Notes under the pieces: model-generated
What the model saw: the letters and a program-made list of their open reading frames with translations, nothing else
Told to the model about the DNA's origin: nothing
Database searches by the model: none
Origin: an uncultured Methanosarcinaceae archaeon
GTDB taxonomy: Archaea; Halobacteriota; Methanosarcinia; Methanosarcinales; Methanosarcinaceae
Direction of reading: 5' to 3'
DNA: 64,000 bases
Assembly: GCA_963721455.1 (NCBI GenBank)
Contig: CAVRJG010000008.1
Span: 1 to 64,000 of the forward strand
Made by a program: the position numbers and the translations under genes
Part shown: in pieces, positions 20,015-31,399 of the stretch
Numbering within the stretch: the first letter of the stretch is position 1
Layout: each line of letters begins with the position of its first letter

Positions 20015-21952
20015 TTATAAGCGTTCAAGTGCAAGGGCCCCAAGGAACGCCATTGTTTCAAATATCTCTTTATTCTCCGGAATTAGAACCTCTCCAGGTT
20101 TGTCAAAGGCAAACGCCATAATGCCAAAAATCATCCTGTGAGTCTTGAGAGGGATATAGTATCCCCTTCCTGCAGGAAGATTATCCGTTCCATGGCCCGC
20201 TATCTGACCATTTTCGTAAGCCCACTGGGCAATGGCTTTTTCTTTGTCGTTGAGGGGATAAGCAGCGTCACCGGCTCCTATCTGGAGGCCGGAAGAGCCG
20301 GGTATGAGTACCGCAAAGACACCTGGTGCAAAATTGTGCATTTGATCGGCAAGAATTTCAAAAACTTCTTGCCGCGTTTTTGCCTCCACAAGTCCGCGAG
20401 AAAGGCCTGATGTTGCTTCCACTTCAGCCTCGCTCTGCCAGATCTGAGGCAGAAGATGGCGTAGCCGGGTGGCAAGGCTGCTGATTATGAGAGCAATAGT
20501 AGCGTATCCGACAAAAGCAATGAAGTATTGCCAGTCCTCGATAGAAATCGTGTAGTAAGGTTTGACAAAAAGGATATCGAAGACAAGAATGCTCAAAGCT
20601 GCCGTAAACAGAGCTACTCTGCGCCTGAAAAAGAGTGCAGACACCATGACTGGAACTAGCTGAATAATCAGCAGGTTTGAAGGCCCGACAATCTCTCGAA
20701 GAAGGAGGTTGACACCTGCTATAGCTATAATCAGGATAAGGCTGATTGCATATTCCGCTGTGAAAAAGAGTGGGATTTGCCGTTGAAGAGGTATGTGCAC
20801 GCTGTTTCCTTTTGGCTCGTACAGGTGGATATCAATACCATGCGACTGCCTTATGACCCTGTATACCGGAGAGAAAATTACATCCAGGCCGTGGGGTTTT
20901 CCTAGCATGATCATGCTGACATTGCTCCGCCGGGCGTAGCGTATAATCTCTTCAGCTACATCGTTTCCACGGTAACGCACTATCCTTCCACCCAGTCGTC
21001 TACCTGTCTCAAGAGCCTGATTAAGCCAGGCACGTTCCTGAGAAGATAATGCTCTATCGTCACCGACATCCACTGAAAATACAATCAAGTCCGCGTCGAA
21101 TCTGGTTGCAAGCTTGTATGCTGCCCTGACCATGTGTTCAGCTGTCGGCCCGGAACGGATACAGACAAGAAGCCTTTCTGTCGCCGGCCATGGACCCGGG
21201 ATAGCCCGTGTCCTCATATATCCTATCATCCTCTTGTCCGTGGACTCCGCCATATATCGCAGAGCAAGTTGTCGGAGTGCAAGGAGATTTCCGGTTCGGA
21301 AGAAACGCTGTACTGCAGCTTCTGCCATATCTTTTATATAGACTTTCCCGGCTTTGAGGCGGATATTTAGCTCTTCGGGGGTGATATCGATTAACCGAAT
21401 CTCATCGGCATCGGAAAAGAAAGTATCCGGCACAATCTCAGAAACCCGGATGCCAATTATCTGGGCAACGGCATCGTTCTGGCTTTCAATGTGCTGGATA
21501 TTGACGGTCGTATAAACTGAGATTCCTGCTTGCAGGAGTTCTTCTACATCCTGGTGCCGTTTCACATGCCTGCTGCCCGGTGCGTTGGTATGGGCCAATT
21601 CGTCGACCAGGACGATTTGGGGGTGGCGCCGGATAACTGCATCGAGATCTATCTCCCTGAGAGAGAGGTTCTGATGTTCGATGGAGACTGCAGGAATAAT
21701 CTCAAAATTGTCTACAAGTGCGTTGGTCTCAGGTCTGTCATGGGTCTCTATGTAGCCGATTACGACATCTTTTCCTTCTCGTTGCCGCTGAAGTGCATCT
21801 TGAAGCATTGAATATGTCTTCCCCACACCTGCGGCGTAGCCAAGGTAAACTGTCAACCTTCCTTCATTCGCTTTTTTCTCATCACGGCGAGCAATGAATA
21901 GCAGGTCTTCGGCCCGTGGCCTGCCTTCCTCTTCATAACGATCAGGTGTCAT
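20015..21952 (-). CDS. kdpD: KdpD-like protein: KdpD N-terminal domain + USP + 4TM (DUF4118) + GAF, with no histidine kinase
   Basis: GYAAGVGKT Walker A, VDELAHTN, TTVNIQHIES and ALRQLAL; the protein ends ALALERL-stop right after the GAF domain. ATG 21952 chosen for its GAGGGG RBS. Confidence 0.9.
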   Translation of the reverse strand: MTPDRYEEEGRPRAEDLLFIARRDEKKANEGRLTVYLGYAAGVGKTYSMLQDALQRQREGKDVVIGYIETHDRPETNALVDNFEIIPAVSIEHQNLSLREIDLDAVIRRHPQIVLVDELAHTNAPGSRHVKRHQDVEELLQAGISVYTTVNIQHIESQNDAVAQIIGIRVSEIVPDTFFSDADEIRLIDITPEELNIRLKAGKVYIKDMAEAAVQRFFRTGNLLALRQLALRYMAESTDKRMIGYMRTRAIPGPWPATERLLVCIRSGPTAEHMVRAAYKLATRFDADLIVFSVDVGDDRALSSQERAWLNQALETGRRLGGRIVRYRGNDVAEEIIRYARRSNVSMIMLGKPHGLDVIFSPVYRVIRQSHGIDIHLYEPKGNSVHIPLQRQIPLFFTAEYAISLILIIAIAGVNLLLREIVGPSNLLIIQLVPVMVSALFFRRRVALFTAALSILVFDILFVKPYYTISIEDWQYFIAFVGYATIALIISSLATRLRHLLPQIWQSEAEVEATSGLSRGLVEAKTRQEVFEILADQMHNFAPGVFAVLIPGSSGLQIGAGDAAYPLNDKEKAIAQWAYENGQIAGHGTDNLPAGRGYYIPLKTHRMIFGIMAFAFDKPGEVLIPENKEIFETMAFLGALALERL

Positions 21953-21963
21953 AATCCCCTCTT

Positions 21964-22521
21964 TCAATCAGGCATGCTCTTCTCATCAAGCGCCCGGTTA
22001 AGTGATAGAACATTTACATAAGCCCCAGTGAATGGAGAGTCGACAGATTCTGCAAGTACGAGTGCTTTGAGTTCTTCTTCAGGTAGATTTCGTGCCTTTG
22101 CCACGACAGGCACCTGTATCAGTGCGGATTCCAGGCTGACGTGCGGGTCAAGCCCGCTAGCTGAAGCCATAACCAGATCAGAAGGTATCGGGCCGGTAAC
22201 GCCGGCTTTCCGGAGTGTACTCGTTCGGTTGTCGACCAGCTCCAGAAGAACGGGGTTCGTCGGCCCGAGGTTTGACCCTCCGGAAGAAGCTGCATCATAC
22301 CCGCTAGCTGAAGGCCTGCTCTGGAAGTACTGAGGTGCAGTGAAATTCTGGCCGATGAGCGTTGAGCCGATAACTCGGTTATCATTATCGACAATAAGGC
22401 TTCCATGAGCCTGGACAGGGAACACAAGCCCGGCAATGAGTGTCACTGTCATTGGATAAACGAACCCCGTGATGATGAATAACACTGTGAATAGTAATAT
22501 GGCTTTTTTGATAGATGTCAT
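21964..22521 (-). CDS. kdpC: K+-transporting ATPase subunit C
   Basis: GSTLIGQNF, YFQSRPSA, SGGSNLGP and SASGLDPH. Confidence 0.95.
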   Translation of the reverse strand: MTSIKKAILLFTVLFIITGFVYPMTVTLIAGLVFPVQAHGSLIVDNDNRVIGSTLIGQNFTAPQYFQSRPSASGYDAASSGGSNLGPTNPVLLELVDNRTSTLRKAGVTGPIPSDLVMASASGLDPHVSLESALIQVPVVAKARNLPEEELKALVLAESVDSPFTGAYVNVLSLNRALDEKSMPD

Positions 22522-22533
22522 GCCAGTACCTCC

Positions 22534-24603
22534 TCAGATATGCAGTAAACCGACCAGTACCAGATCGATTATCTTGATTCCTATAAACGGAGCGATAACT
22601 CCTCCAAGGCCAAAGATGGTCAGGTTGTAGGCGAAGAGTTTCGATGCCGACATAGACTTAAACTTTACCCCGGCCAGTGCAAGCGGAATCAGCATTGGGA
22701 TGATCAACGCATTGAATATGACAGCCGAAAGAATGGCAGACTGCGGTGTTGCAAGACCCATAATATTCAGCACCTTAAGCTGCGGATAGATCCCTATCAG
22801 GGCAGCGGGAATGATTGCAAAGTATTTGGCGATATCGTTGGCTATAGAAAAGGTGGTCAGAGCACCGCGAGTCATCAGGATTTGCTTACCTATCTCAACA
22901 ATGTCCAGCAGTTTGGTTGGATCGCTGTCGAGGTCAATGATGTTTGCAGCTTCTCTCGCAGGCTGTGTGCCGTTGTTCATAGCCACGGCTACGTCGGCCT
23001 GGGCGAGGGCAGGGGCATCATTTGTTCCGTCCCCGGTCATGGCGACCATGTATCCTTCATCCTGGTATTCCTTGATCATCCTGAGCTTGTCGTCAGGCCT
23101 TGCTTCTGCCAGATAATCATCTACTCCGGCTTCTGCTGCAATAGTGGCAGCAGTGAGATGATTATCTCCTGTGATCATAACCGTCCGAATTCCTATCTGG
23201 CGCAGGTCAGCAAACCTCTCCCGGATGCCCGTTTTCAAGATATCTTTAAGGAATATCACCCCGAGAATTGTCTCATTGCGAGCGACCACCAGCGGTGTAC
23301 CTCCTGCAGACGCGATTCCGTGTACCTTCGCCTTCAGATCAGACGGAACGGTACCTCCGTTCTCAAGAACAAACTTCATTATTGCATCGGAGGCACCCTT
23401 CAGGTAGGTTATCTCGCCGCACTGTGCTCCACTCACCCGGGTGGCTGCCGAGAAAGGTATGAAAGTGATATTCTCTGGCGAAACTGCAACTTTTCCGGTC
23501 TTTTCCTGGATAAGCGTGATAATGCTTTTGCCTTCAGGAGTTTCATCTGCGAAAGAGGAAAGCAGAGATGTTTCCATCAGGTCTTCATGGGACTGGCCAT
23601 CTACTGGCAAAAACTCAGTCGCCTGTCGGTTACCCAGGGTGATAGTGCCTGTTTTGTCCAGCAGCAGGACATTTACATCTCCTGCAGCCTCGATTGCTCT
23701 TCCTGAAAGGGCAATTACGTTCAACTGGAATAAACGATCCATTCCGGCTATTCCGATTGCCGAAAGCAGGGCTGCAATGGTTGTGGGCGCTAAACAGACG
23801 AAAAGCGCAGTCAATACTGTGAGGCTGGCAGGAGAGCCCCTCCCGCTTGAGGCTGCGCTATATGCAGAAACCGAATAGGTGCTGGCCACAACTGCGAGAA
23901 ATACGGCTGTAAGCGCAATGAGTAGTATGCCAAGAGCTATTTCGTTAGGAGTCTTCCGCCTCTCGGCACCTTCCACCATGGAGATCATGCGGTCCAGGAA
24001 GGTCTGTCCGGGATCAGCGGTAATTCTGATGATTACCTCATTGGCGATAACTGTAGTTCCTCCGGTAACAGCACTCCGGTCACCACCCGATTCACGCACA
24101 ACAGGTGCCGACTCCCCGGTAATTGCGGCTTCGTTGACTAGTGCAGCTCCTTTCACCACCTCCCCGTCTCCAGGGATTACTTCGTTTGTCCTTACCAGGA
24201 CAAGGTCACCTTTCCGGAGATCGGAGGAAGGCACTTCGGTGGAAGAAGCATCGAAGGACCCTTCTGTTAGTTTTCGGGCAGGAACGCTGGTTCTGGACTG
24301 CCGGAGGGATGCTGCCCTGGCTTTTCCACGTCCCTCAGACAGAGATTCCGCAAAGTTGGAGAAAAGCACTGTCAGCCACAGCCAGAGGGAGATAAAGCCG
24401 ACGAAGAAATGGGACTCAGCGGCAGCATAGAAAAAGCCGATGAGAAAACTAATAGTTGTCAGGATGCCCCCTATTTCCACCAGAAGCATAACCGGATTTT
24501 CGATCTGCCGACGCAGGTCCAGTTTCAGCACTGCACTGATGAGTGCTTCACGGATGAGTTTCGACTCAAAGGCGCCTAAACGGGGAAATCGCTTCCGTGA
24601 CAT
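22534..24603 (-). CDS. kdpB: K+-transporting P-type ATPase subunit B
   Basis: TGES, DKTGT, TGDN and [10 protein letters not shown]. Confidence 0.97.
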   Translation of the reverse strand: MSRKRFPRLGAFESKLIREALISAVLKLDLRRQIENPVMLLVEIGGILTTISFLIGFFYAAAESHFFVGFISLWLWLTVLFSNFAESLSEGRGKARAASLRQSRTSVPARKLTEGSFDASSTEVPSSDLRKGDLVLVRTNEVIPGDGEVVKGAALVNEAAITGESAPVVRESGGDRSAVTGGTTVIANEVIIRITADPGQTFLDRMISMVEGAERRKTPNEIALGILLIALTAVFLAVVASTYSVSAYSAASSGRGSPASLTVLTALFVCLAPTTIAALLSAIGIAGMDRLFQLNVIALSGRAIEAAGDVNVLLLDKTGTITLGNRQATEFLPVDGQSHEDLMETSLLSSFADETPEGKSIITLIQEKTGKVAVSPENITFIPFSAATRVSGAQCGEITYLKGASDAIMKFVLENGGTVPSDLKAKVHGIASAGGTPLVVARNETILGVIFLKDILKTGIRERFADLRQIGIRTVMITGDNHLTAATIAAEAGVDDYLAEARPDDKLRMIKEYQDEGYMVAMTGDGTNDAPALAQADVAVAMNNGTQPAREAANIIDLDSDPTKLLDIVEIGKQILMTRGALTTFSIANDIAKYFAIIPAALIGIYPQLKVLNIMGLATPQSAILSAVIFNALIIPMLIPLALAGVKFKSMSASKLFAYNLTIFGLGGVIAPFIGIKIIDLVLVGLLHI

Positions 24604-24605
24604 TG

Positions 24606-26312
24606 TTAGCTACCTCCTATCATACTCAGGTATTCGGCAATCGGCCCCATTGCGAAGAGCGGGAAGAATGTAAGAGCACCGATGATGAGGATTACCAGGA
24701 TCGTCCAAACAGAAAATGTAAGGGAAGTCGTGGGAAGAGTTCCGGAGCTGGGTGGAACTTTTTTCTTCTGTGCCATTGATCCTGCCATAGCCAGCATGGA
24801 AACCGCAGGCACGAACCTGCCTATCGCCATTGCTAAGCTGCCTGTGAGTGTGTAGAACGGCTTTGTTGCATCAAATCCGGCAAAGGCACTGCCATTGTTG
24901 TTAGCCATGGATGCAAAGGCGTATATCAGTTCAGAGAGTCCGTGTGAACCCGGATTCTTCATTAACTCCGTAACATTCGGTAAAACCAGCGCGATGCACG
25001 AAAGCAGGAGAACAAGGACTCCAGGGACAAGGACGGTTATGACGGCCATCTTCATCTCCAATGCCTCTATCTTTTTTCCGAGGTATTCAGGAGTTCGTCC
25101 GATCATCAGTCCTGCAATGAAGACTGCAAGCACCACAAATCCGATCATTGTGTAGAACCCGGACCCTACTCCCCCAAAAGCAACCTCGCCGAGAAGAATC
25201 ATGAACATAGTCACCAGACCGCCCAGTGGAGTGAGTGAATCATGCATGCAGTTAACCGCCCCACAGGACGTTGCTGTAGTAGATGCGGCAAAGAGCGACG
25301 ATTCCAAGAGCTCGAACCTGACTTCTTTTCCTTCCATGGATATTCCGGAAACGCCGAGCTCTTTTATCAACGGATTGCCTGCCAGTTCTGCAGCGTAGAG
25401 TGTACCGAGCCCGAATAAGAATAACACTAACATAATACCGTAGATAACCAATCCCTGTCGCATGTTGCCGGTCATCCTTCCAAAGACCAGAGGCAGGGTT
25501 ACAGGTATAAGGAGAATAAGAAAAACTTCTATCAGGTTGGTAAGAGGTGTCGGATTTTCATAAGGGTGTGCAGCGTTTGCATTGAAAAATCCTCCTCCGT
25601 TGGTGCCAAACTCTTTTATTGCTTCCTGGGAAGCTACCGGCCCCATTGCGATTGTCTGCTGCCCTGCCGGACCGTACCCTGTGGACTGGACGTAAGGATC
25701 CAGATTCTGGATGACACCCTGGGAGGCGAGCAGGAGGGCAAAAATGAAAGCTATCGGCAGGAGGATGTAAAGGGTACAGCGAGTCATATCCACCCAGAAG
25801 TTGCCTATCCTGTCGGTAGACTGGCGGGTGATTCCACGCATCACTGCAATCGCTATGCAGATGCCTGTGGCAGAGGAGAGAAAATTCTGGACTGTAAAAC
25901 CGGCCATCTGGGTAAGATAGCTTGCTGCCGTTTCACCGCTGTAGACCTGCCAGTTTGTGTTAGTGACAAAACTGATAGCAGTGTTGAGTGCAACGTACAG
26001 ATCAAAAGCCCCGAATTTTTGTGGGTTGAAAGGGAGAAAACCTTGCAGAAGAAGAAGTGTGAAGAGAATTACAAAACCTATACCATTGAAGAGGAGCATA
26101 TCCCGGGCGTAGCCCTTCCACCCGTCTTCTCTATCAGGACTTGTATCGATCAGCCCGTAGATAGACTTTTCAATATGACCCGGAATTCCTCGGGAAATAT
26201 CTCCGGCAAAGACCCGGACAAAGAAACTGCTGAAAGGCAATGCCACCCCGGTAACAATGACCAAAAAGAGGATGAGCATCAAACCATCCACGGTTATATC
26301 TTGTGTTATCAT
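24606..26312 (-). CDS. kdpA: K+-transporting ATPase subunit A
   Basis: [26 protein letters not shown] and NNGSAFAG. Confidence 0.97.
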   Translation of the reverse strand: MITQDITVDGLMLILFLVIVTGVALPFSSFFVRVFAGDISRGIPGHIEKSIYGLIDTSPDREDGWKGYARDMLLFNGIGFVILFTLLLLQGFLPFNPQKFGAFDLYVALNTAISFVTNTNWQVYSGETAASYLTQMAGFTVQNFLSSATGICIAIAVMRGITRQSTDRIGNFWVDMTRCTLYILLPIAFIFALLLASQGVIQNLDPYVQSTGYGPAGQQTIAMGPVASQEAIKEFGTNGGGFFNANAAHPYENPTPLTNLIEVFLILLIPVTLPLVFGRMTGNMRQGLVIYGIMLVLFLFGLGTLYAAELAGNPLIKELGVSGISMEGKEVRFELLESSLFAASTTATSCGAVNCMHDSLTPLGGLVTMFMILLGEVAFGGVGSGFYTMIGFVVLAVFIAGLMIGRTPEYLGKKIEALEMKMAVITVLVPGVLVLLLSCIALVLPNVTELMKNPGSHGLSELIYAFASMANNNGSAFAGFDATKPFYTLTGSLAMAIGRFVPAVSMLAMAGSMAQKKKVPPSSGTLPTTSLTFSVWTILVILIIGALTFFPLFAMGPIAEYLSMIGGS

Positions 26313-26354
26313 TTAGTTCACGGCTTTGTGAGTTAGTTCACAGCTTTGTGAGTT
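26313..26354. repeat. 20-bp tandem direct repeat abutting the kdpA start codon
   Basis: TTAGTTCACGGCTTTGTGAG / TTAGTTCACAGCTTTGTGAG; each unit carries a TCAC(A)..TGTGA dyad. Confidence 0.85.
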
Positions 26355-26736
26355 CGAAAAGAAAACCTTTTGTACGTGCGCAATAAACGGAAAACGTAGG
26401 GTTATCGGATTATATAAAACTTTGTTCCTCGCTAAATAAGTTAAACATGTAAAAAATTTCGAAAACATGAGAATTTTATAAATTATTTACAAATCGTTTC
26501 TATACAGAGAGAAAAGTTCTGTAATTTTTTGAAACCATTGAGAATTATAGAATTTGCGGCCAGGCATGTAAGGGTAAGAGCAAATTAAAAACTGACTTCA
26601 TGAAAAAAATAAAAAATAAAACGTTCGGGAATAACGTGCTTTTTAAGGTTTTCAGGAGTGACAGAAGGAATAAAATTTTTCCTAACGCATTAAACACAGC
26701 TTTGTTATCCATAAGAAAACCCCTGTCTCCTGGAAC

Positions 26737-27011
26737 TCATCTGAAAAACTGTTTTACTTTTGGCATTGCGGAAGCCGTGGAAAAAAATGACTACATGATA
26801 TTTATCAGTTTGACCAGATAAAACCCTACGATTCCGCAGACGATAATAAGAATTCTATTTATGTGGGGCACTTCGCCCCCGAAAACGCTGTGTCCATGCC
26901 TTCCAGAGCTTCAGGCTTGCCCACTACTACCATATGGCCATTTGCCTTGATTACACCGCTTCCATCAGGGATAATTATTTCGTGCTCCCGAAAAACCGCA
27001 CTGACAATGCA
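26737..27011 (-). pseudogene. trkA: Decayed trkA paralog (two fragments, large internal deletion, frameshifts)
   Basis: Manual translation gives CIVSAVFREHEIIIPDG...HMVVVGKPEALE / VFGGEVPHINRILIIVCGIVGFYLVKLI / VVIF-STASAMPKVKQFFR*. This aligns with intact TrkA CIVSAIFRKDEIIIPRG...ILLIGCGIVGFYLAKII and VIVFALSSAVSAVEKFFK*. Confidence 0.85.
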
Positions 27012-27209
27012 TCACCAATAGACATCAAGATGGGCGAAGGCGGAAAAAAGAGAAGAACAGTAGACAAAAAAGATCTTTAAAGAGCAAAAAGAGGGTAAGC
27101 TGGCTTGAAAGCACAAAAAAGCCAGGGAAAAATAAAATAAGGGATACGAATCCTGCATTAAGGGGAAAATGCTTTGTAAGAAAGGTTAAAATGCAGCTAA
27201 AAGCGGCTT

Positions 27210-28379
27210 TTAACTCTCAAAAACATCCTTTACTTTTTCAAAAATCCCCTTGCTTTTCCTCGACTTTTCACCTTTGGATTTCTCATTCCTGTCCTTTTCA
27301 TCTCCCTCGGGCTTTTTGCCGCTGCTCAGGTATTCGAACTCACGGAGCAACTCTTTTTGTTCCTGAGTAAGCTTTGCCGGAGTTTTGATTATGACCCTGA
27401 TGAGCTGGTCACCTTTTCTATGACTGTGAAGGTGCTGAATTCCCTTGTCTTTAAGCCTGAATACGGAATGGGTCTGAGTCCCTGCAGGGATGTTCATCTT
27501 GACCTTTCCGTGGAGGGTATCGACCATCAAATCCGCCCCGAGTGCAGCCTGGGCGAAGGAGATTGAAAGTTCGGAAATTACATCGTAGTCGACCCGTTTG
27601 AAATACTTATGTTCCATCACATGGATGACAACATACAGGTCTCCAGCCGGCGCGCCCGGCTCTCCTGAATCGCCCTCTCCGCTGAGCCTCAGGCTCATGC
27701 CCGAATCTGCCCCTCCAGGCACGTTTACTGTTATCGTTCTTCTGTTCCGAACTCTGCCTGCCCCATTACAGACCGGGCAGGGAAACTCAATAATCTGGCC
27801 CCTGCCGTGACAGGTACTGCAGGCGGTAGTGCTCACAAATTGCATACCCAATCCGGAGCGAGTTATGCGAACCTGTCCTGTGCCGCCGCATGTGGGACAT
27901 CTCTTGGGACTAGTCCCCTCTTTGGCTCCGGTTCCGGAACAGGCTGAACATCTTTCAGTCCTATGGAGATCGATATCTTTGCGGACTCCAAAAGCCGCCT
28001 CCTCAAAGGTGATATAAAGGTCGTACTGGAGGTCGGACCCTCTCCTCGGCCCCACAGGACCCCTTCTGCCCCCTCCTCCGAAAAACATTTCGAAAATGTC
28101 CCCGTAACCGCCGAAGTCCGCACCCCGGAAGATATCTTCTGCGCTGTATTGCCCATCGATTCCGGCGTGTCCGAAGCGGTCGTACTGTGTCCGCTTTTCA
28201 GGATCAGAAAGAACGGCATAAGCCTCGGATATTTCCTTGAACTTTTCCTCAGCCCCGGCTTCCTTGTTCCTGTCAGGATGGTACTGCAGTGCAAGTTTCC
28301 GATACGTCTTCTTTATATCCTCGGCTGAGGTGTCTTTAGACAATCCGAGAATTTCATAGTAATCACGTGTTGTAGCCAT
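27210..28379 (-). CDS. dnaJ: Chaperone DnaJ
   Basis: HPD motif, G/F region and four CxxCxGxG repeats. Confidence 0.98.
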   Translation of the reverse strand: MATTRDYYEILGLSKDTSAEDIKKTYRKLALQYHPDRNKEAGAEEKFKEISEAYAVLSDPEKRTQYDRFGHAGIDGQYSAEDIFRGADFGGYGDIFEMFFGGGGRRGPVGPRRGSDLQYDLYITFEEAAFGVRKDIDLHRTERCSACSGTGAKEGTSPKRCPTCGGTGQVRITRSGLGMQFVSTTACSTCHGRGQIIEFPCPVCNGAGRVRNRRTITVNVPGGADSGMSLRLSGEGDSGEPGAPAGDLYVVIHVMEHKYFKRVDYDVISELSISFAQAALGADLMVDTLHGKVKMNIPAGTQTHSVFRLKDKGIQHLHSHRKGDQLIRVIIKTPAKLTQEQKELLREFEYLSSGKKPEGDEKDRNEKSKGEKSRKSKGIFEKVKDVFES

Positions 28380-28490
28380 CAGGATTCCCTGTTGTTTTAA
28401 AAAAGATTAAAGGGCCGGAGCCTGCAACCAGGTTTCCGGTCAGGCCTGAAAATCTCCAGGCCTGTCTCATTACTGTTAGTTCCTCTTTAT

Positions 28491-30347
28491 TTATTTACGC
28501 TTTTCGTCGTCAACTACCTCGTAATCGGCGTCAACGACTGTCTCATCAGGACCTTTTGCATCAGTACTTCCTGCTCCGCCGGCAGCCTGTTGAGCCTGTT
28601 CCTGAGCTTTCTGGTAGAGGGCCGTGGAAATTGGGTATATGGCTTCCTGGAGAGCTTCGGTCTTTGCTTTAATGGCTTCGCTTTCTTCTTTGCCTTCAAG
28701 CGCTTTCTTAAGGTCTTCGAGTGCGGCATCTACCTTTGACTTCTGGTCTTCAGTTGCCACATCCCCGGCATCCTTCAAAGTCTTTTCCGTAGCATTGATA
28801 AGGGCTTCGGCATTGTTCCTGATCTCGACTTCTTCCTTGCGCTTCCTATCTTCGTCGGCATGCAATTCCGCGTCTTTGACCATACGCTCGATTTCAGCGT
28901 CCGAGAGCCCACCTGGCTTCTGGATCGAAATGGACTGTTTCTTGCCGGTTCCGAGGTCCTTTGCACTTACATGCAGGATCCCGTTTGCATCGATATCAAA
29001 GGTGACCTCGATCTGCGGGATGCCTCTTGGAGCTGGCGGAATTCCGTCCAGAGTGAAGCGGCCGAGAGTTTTGTTTTCGGATGCGATTCCCCTTTCTCCC
29101 TGAAGGACATGAATCTCTACTGAGGGCTGGCTATCAGCTGCAGTTGAGAAGACCTGGCTTTTCTTTGTGGGAATTGTTGTGTTTCTCTGGATCAACGGAG
29201 TCGCTATGCCACCGAGAGTTTCGATCCCGAGGGTAAGAGGATTTACGTCAAGCAACAGGACGTCTTTAACTTCGCCACCGAGCACACCGGCCTGAATGGC
29301 TGCCCCGATTGCAACGGCTTCATCAGGATTGATGTTCTTATACGGTTTCTTTCCCGTAAAGTTCTCCACAAGCTCGACTACCGCAGGCATCCTTGTGGCG
29401 CCTCCGACCAGAATCACTTTATCGAGATCATTTGGCGTGAGCTTTGAATCGCTGAGAGCCTGGCGCATCGACACAAGGGTTTTTTCAAGAAGGTCTTCAG
29501 TCATCTTCTGGAACTGGGCTCTGGTCAGGTCAATATCAAGGTGTTTGGGTTCCCCATCAGGGCCAACTGTAAGGAAGGGAAGGTTGATGTTGGTACTTGC
29601 AACTCCGGATAGTTCGATCTTGGCTTTTTCGGCAGCGTCGGTTAAGCGCTGGAGTACAGACCTGTCTTTGGAAATGTCAATTCCTTCCATTTTCCTGAAT
29701 TCGGCAATCAGGTGATTGACAATGCGCTGGTCGAAGTCGTCTCCTCCGAGGTGAGTGTCACCACTGGTGGACTTTACCTCAAAGACTCCGCCGCCGAGTT
29801 CAAGAACGGACACATCAAAAGTTCCGCCGCCGAGGTCGTAGACAAGAATTGTTTGTTCCACATCTATTTTGTCGAGCCCGTAAGCCAGGGAAGAGGCTGT
29901 TGGCTCGTTGATTATTCTTATGACTTCAAGGCCTGCGATTGACCCTGCATCCTTTGTAGCCTGCCTCTGAGCATCATTGAAATACGCAGGGACCGTGATA
30001 ACAGCCTGCTGGATATCCTCTCCGAGATAAGCTTCTGCATCGGATTTAAGCTTCTGGAGAATCATTGCGGAGATTTCCTGCGGTTTATATTGTTTTCCCT
30101 GCAGGGTTACCTTATAATTGACGTCTCCCATATGCCTTTTAATGGAATAGACAGTGTTTTCAGGATTTGAAACGGCCTGTCTCTTTGCGACCTGACCTAC
30201 AAGTTTCTCCCCTTTCTTGGAAAATCCGACCACGGAAGGAGTTGTCCTTGCGCCTTCTGCGTTTGGGATCACGACAGCTTCCCCGCCTTCCATCACTGCC
30301 ATGCATGAATTGGTAGTACCAAGGTCAATACCCAGTATTTTTGCCAT
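28491..30347 (-). CDS. dnaK: Chaperone DnaK (Hsp70)
   Basis: [17 protein letters not shown] and DLGGGTFD. Confidence 0.98.
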   Translation of the reverse strand: MAKILGIDLGTTNSCMAVMEGGEAVVIPNAEGARTTPSVVGFSKKGEKLVGQVAKRQAVSNPENTVYSIKRHMGDVNYKVTLQGKQYKPQEISAMILQKLKSDAEAYLGEDIQQAVITVPAYFNDAQRQATKDAGSIAGLEVIRIINEPTASSLAYGLDKIDVEQTILVYDLGGGTFDVSVLELGGGVFEVKSTSGDTHLGGDDFDQRIVNHLIAEFRKMEGIDISKDRSVLQRLTDAAEKAKIELSGVASTNINLPFLTVGPDGEPKHLDIDLTRAQFQKMTEDLLEKTLVSMRQALSDSKLTPNDLDKVILVGGATRMPAVVELVENFTGKKPYKNINPDEAVAIGAAIQAGVLGGEVKDVLLLDVNPLTLGIETLGGIATPLIQRNTTIPTKKSQVFSTAADSQPSVEIHVLQGERGIASENKTLGRFTLDGIPPAPRGIPQIEVTFDIDANGILHVSAKDLGTGKKQSISIQKPGGLSDAEIERMVKDAELHADEDRKRKEEVEIRNNAEALINATEKTLKDAGDVATEDQKSKVDAALEDLKKALEGKEESEAIKAKTEALQEAIYPISTALYQKAQEQAQQAAGGAGSTDAKGPDETVVDADYEVVDDEKRK

Positions 30348-30642
30348 GTTATTCCTCATATTACTTAGTTAAACATTCAATTAAATTATTTAGATAAGTT
30401 ACCAAGCTAAATTATTTAAGTAATTTATCCGGTAAAGTTATTCAGTTAAATCCAGGAGTTAAGTTATACCTGAATAAGTGTTTTTTAACTTATCACCTGC
30501 ATTTAATGATATAGTGATTTTGTGTTAATTTAAGTGTAGTAAACTTAGATATTGTATGAAATAAAGACTCAATAAGGCCGCTTTTTTCAGCAAAGCATCC
30601 TTCACATGAGAACTTACTAAATCTCTCCGGATTTTGTCTCTT

Positions 30643-31272
30643 TTATTTCTCTGCTTCATCCGGGCTTCTGGCCACTGAGACCACAGCGGGTCTGATAACT
30701 TTTGAGTTAAGTGCATATCCGGATTTATAAACCTCTACTATAGTATTGTCCGGGAATTCAGAGGTCTCGATATGTTGAACTGCCTCGTGCCTGTGAGGGT
30801 CAAATTCACTGGCTTTTTCGCTCTTGATCTTCTCAAGCCCGTACTTTTCGAGGATTGAAAAAAACTGCCTTGAAAGCTGTTCTATTCCACTGACGATCGA
30901 GCTCATATCCTCTGCAGTCTTTGCAGATTTAAGGGCGCGGTCGAAATTGTCCGTTACTTCAACAAAGTCAAGAAGTACCTGCTCAAGCACGGCTTTTCGA
31001 TTTTCCTCCATCTGGCGGGCGGTCCGTTTTCGGAAATTGTCAAAATCTGCTGCAAGCCGGAAAAGCTGGTCCTTGAGAATCTGGTTTTCCTCCCGGCAGA
31101 TGGCCTCAGTGCTTTTCTCAGCCTCCTGACTGGGAGAAACCTTTTCGGGACTTTCCCATGCTTCATTAGCCTTTTCCGCCGAAGAACCAGAATTCCGGGA
31201 GTCAGGATTTTCAGCCCCAGTCTGGGCATCTTCTTTAGAATCCTTATTTTCCTCTTTATTAAATATCTTCAT
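30643..31272 (-). CDS. grpE: Nucleotide exchange factor GrpE
   Basis: ADFDNFRKR, FDPHRHEAV and GY..IRPAVVSV. Confidence 0.96.
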   Translation of the reverse strand: MKIFNKEENKDSKEDAQTGAENPDSRNSGSSAEKANEAWESPEKVSPSQEAEKSTEAICREENQILKDQLFRLAADFDNFRKRTARQMEENRKAVLEQVLLDFVEVTDNFDRALKSAKTAEDMSSIVSGIEQLSRQFFSILEKYGLEKIKSEKASEFDPHRHEAVQHIETSEFPDNTIVEVYKSGYALNSKVIRPAVVSVARSPDEAEK

Positions 31273-31399
31273 TAATCGATCCCCATCAATTATTTATAAC
31301 GGTTACGCTCGTCCTGACGTGTGATTGTTTGTAATTCTATAAATACTTTTCTGAGAACTAAAGTACACACGCCTCAGGAAAGAAAAGAAAAAAGAAAAA

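Noticed and set aside
26355-26736. kdpF upstream of kdpA
   Set aside because: No ~30-aa hydrophobic ORF ending in a PE(K/R)F-like motif was found by eye.
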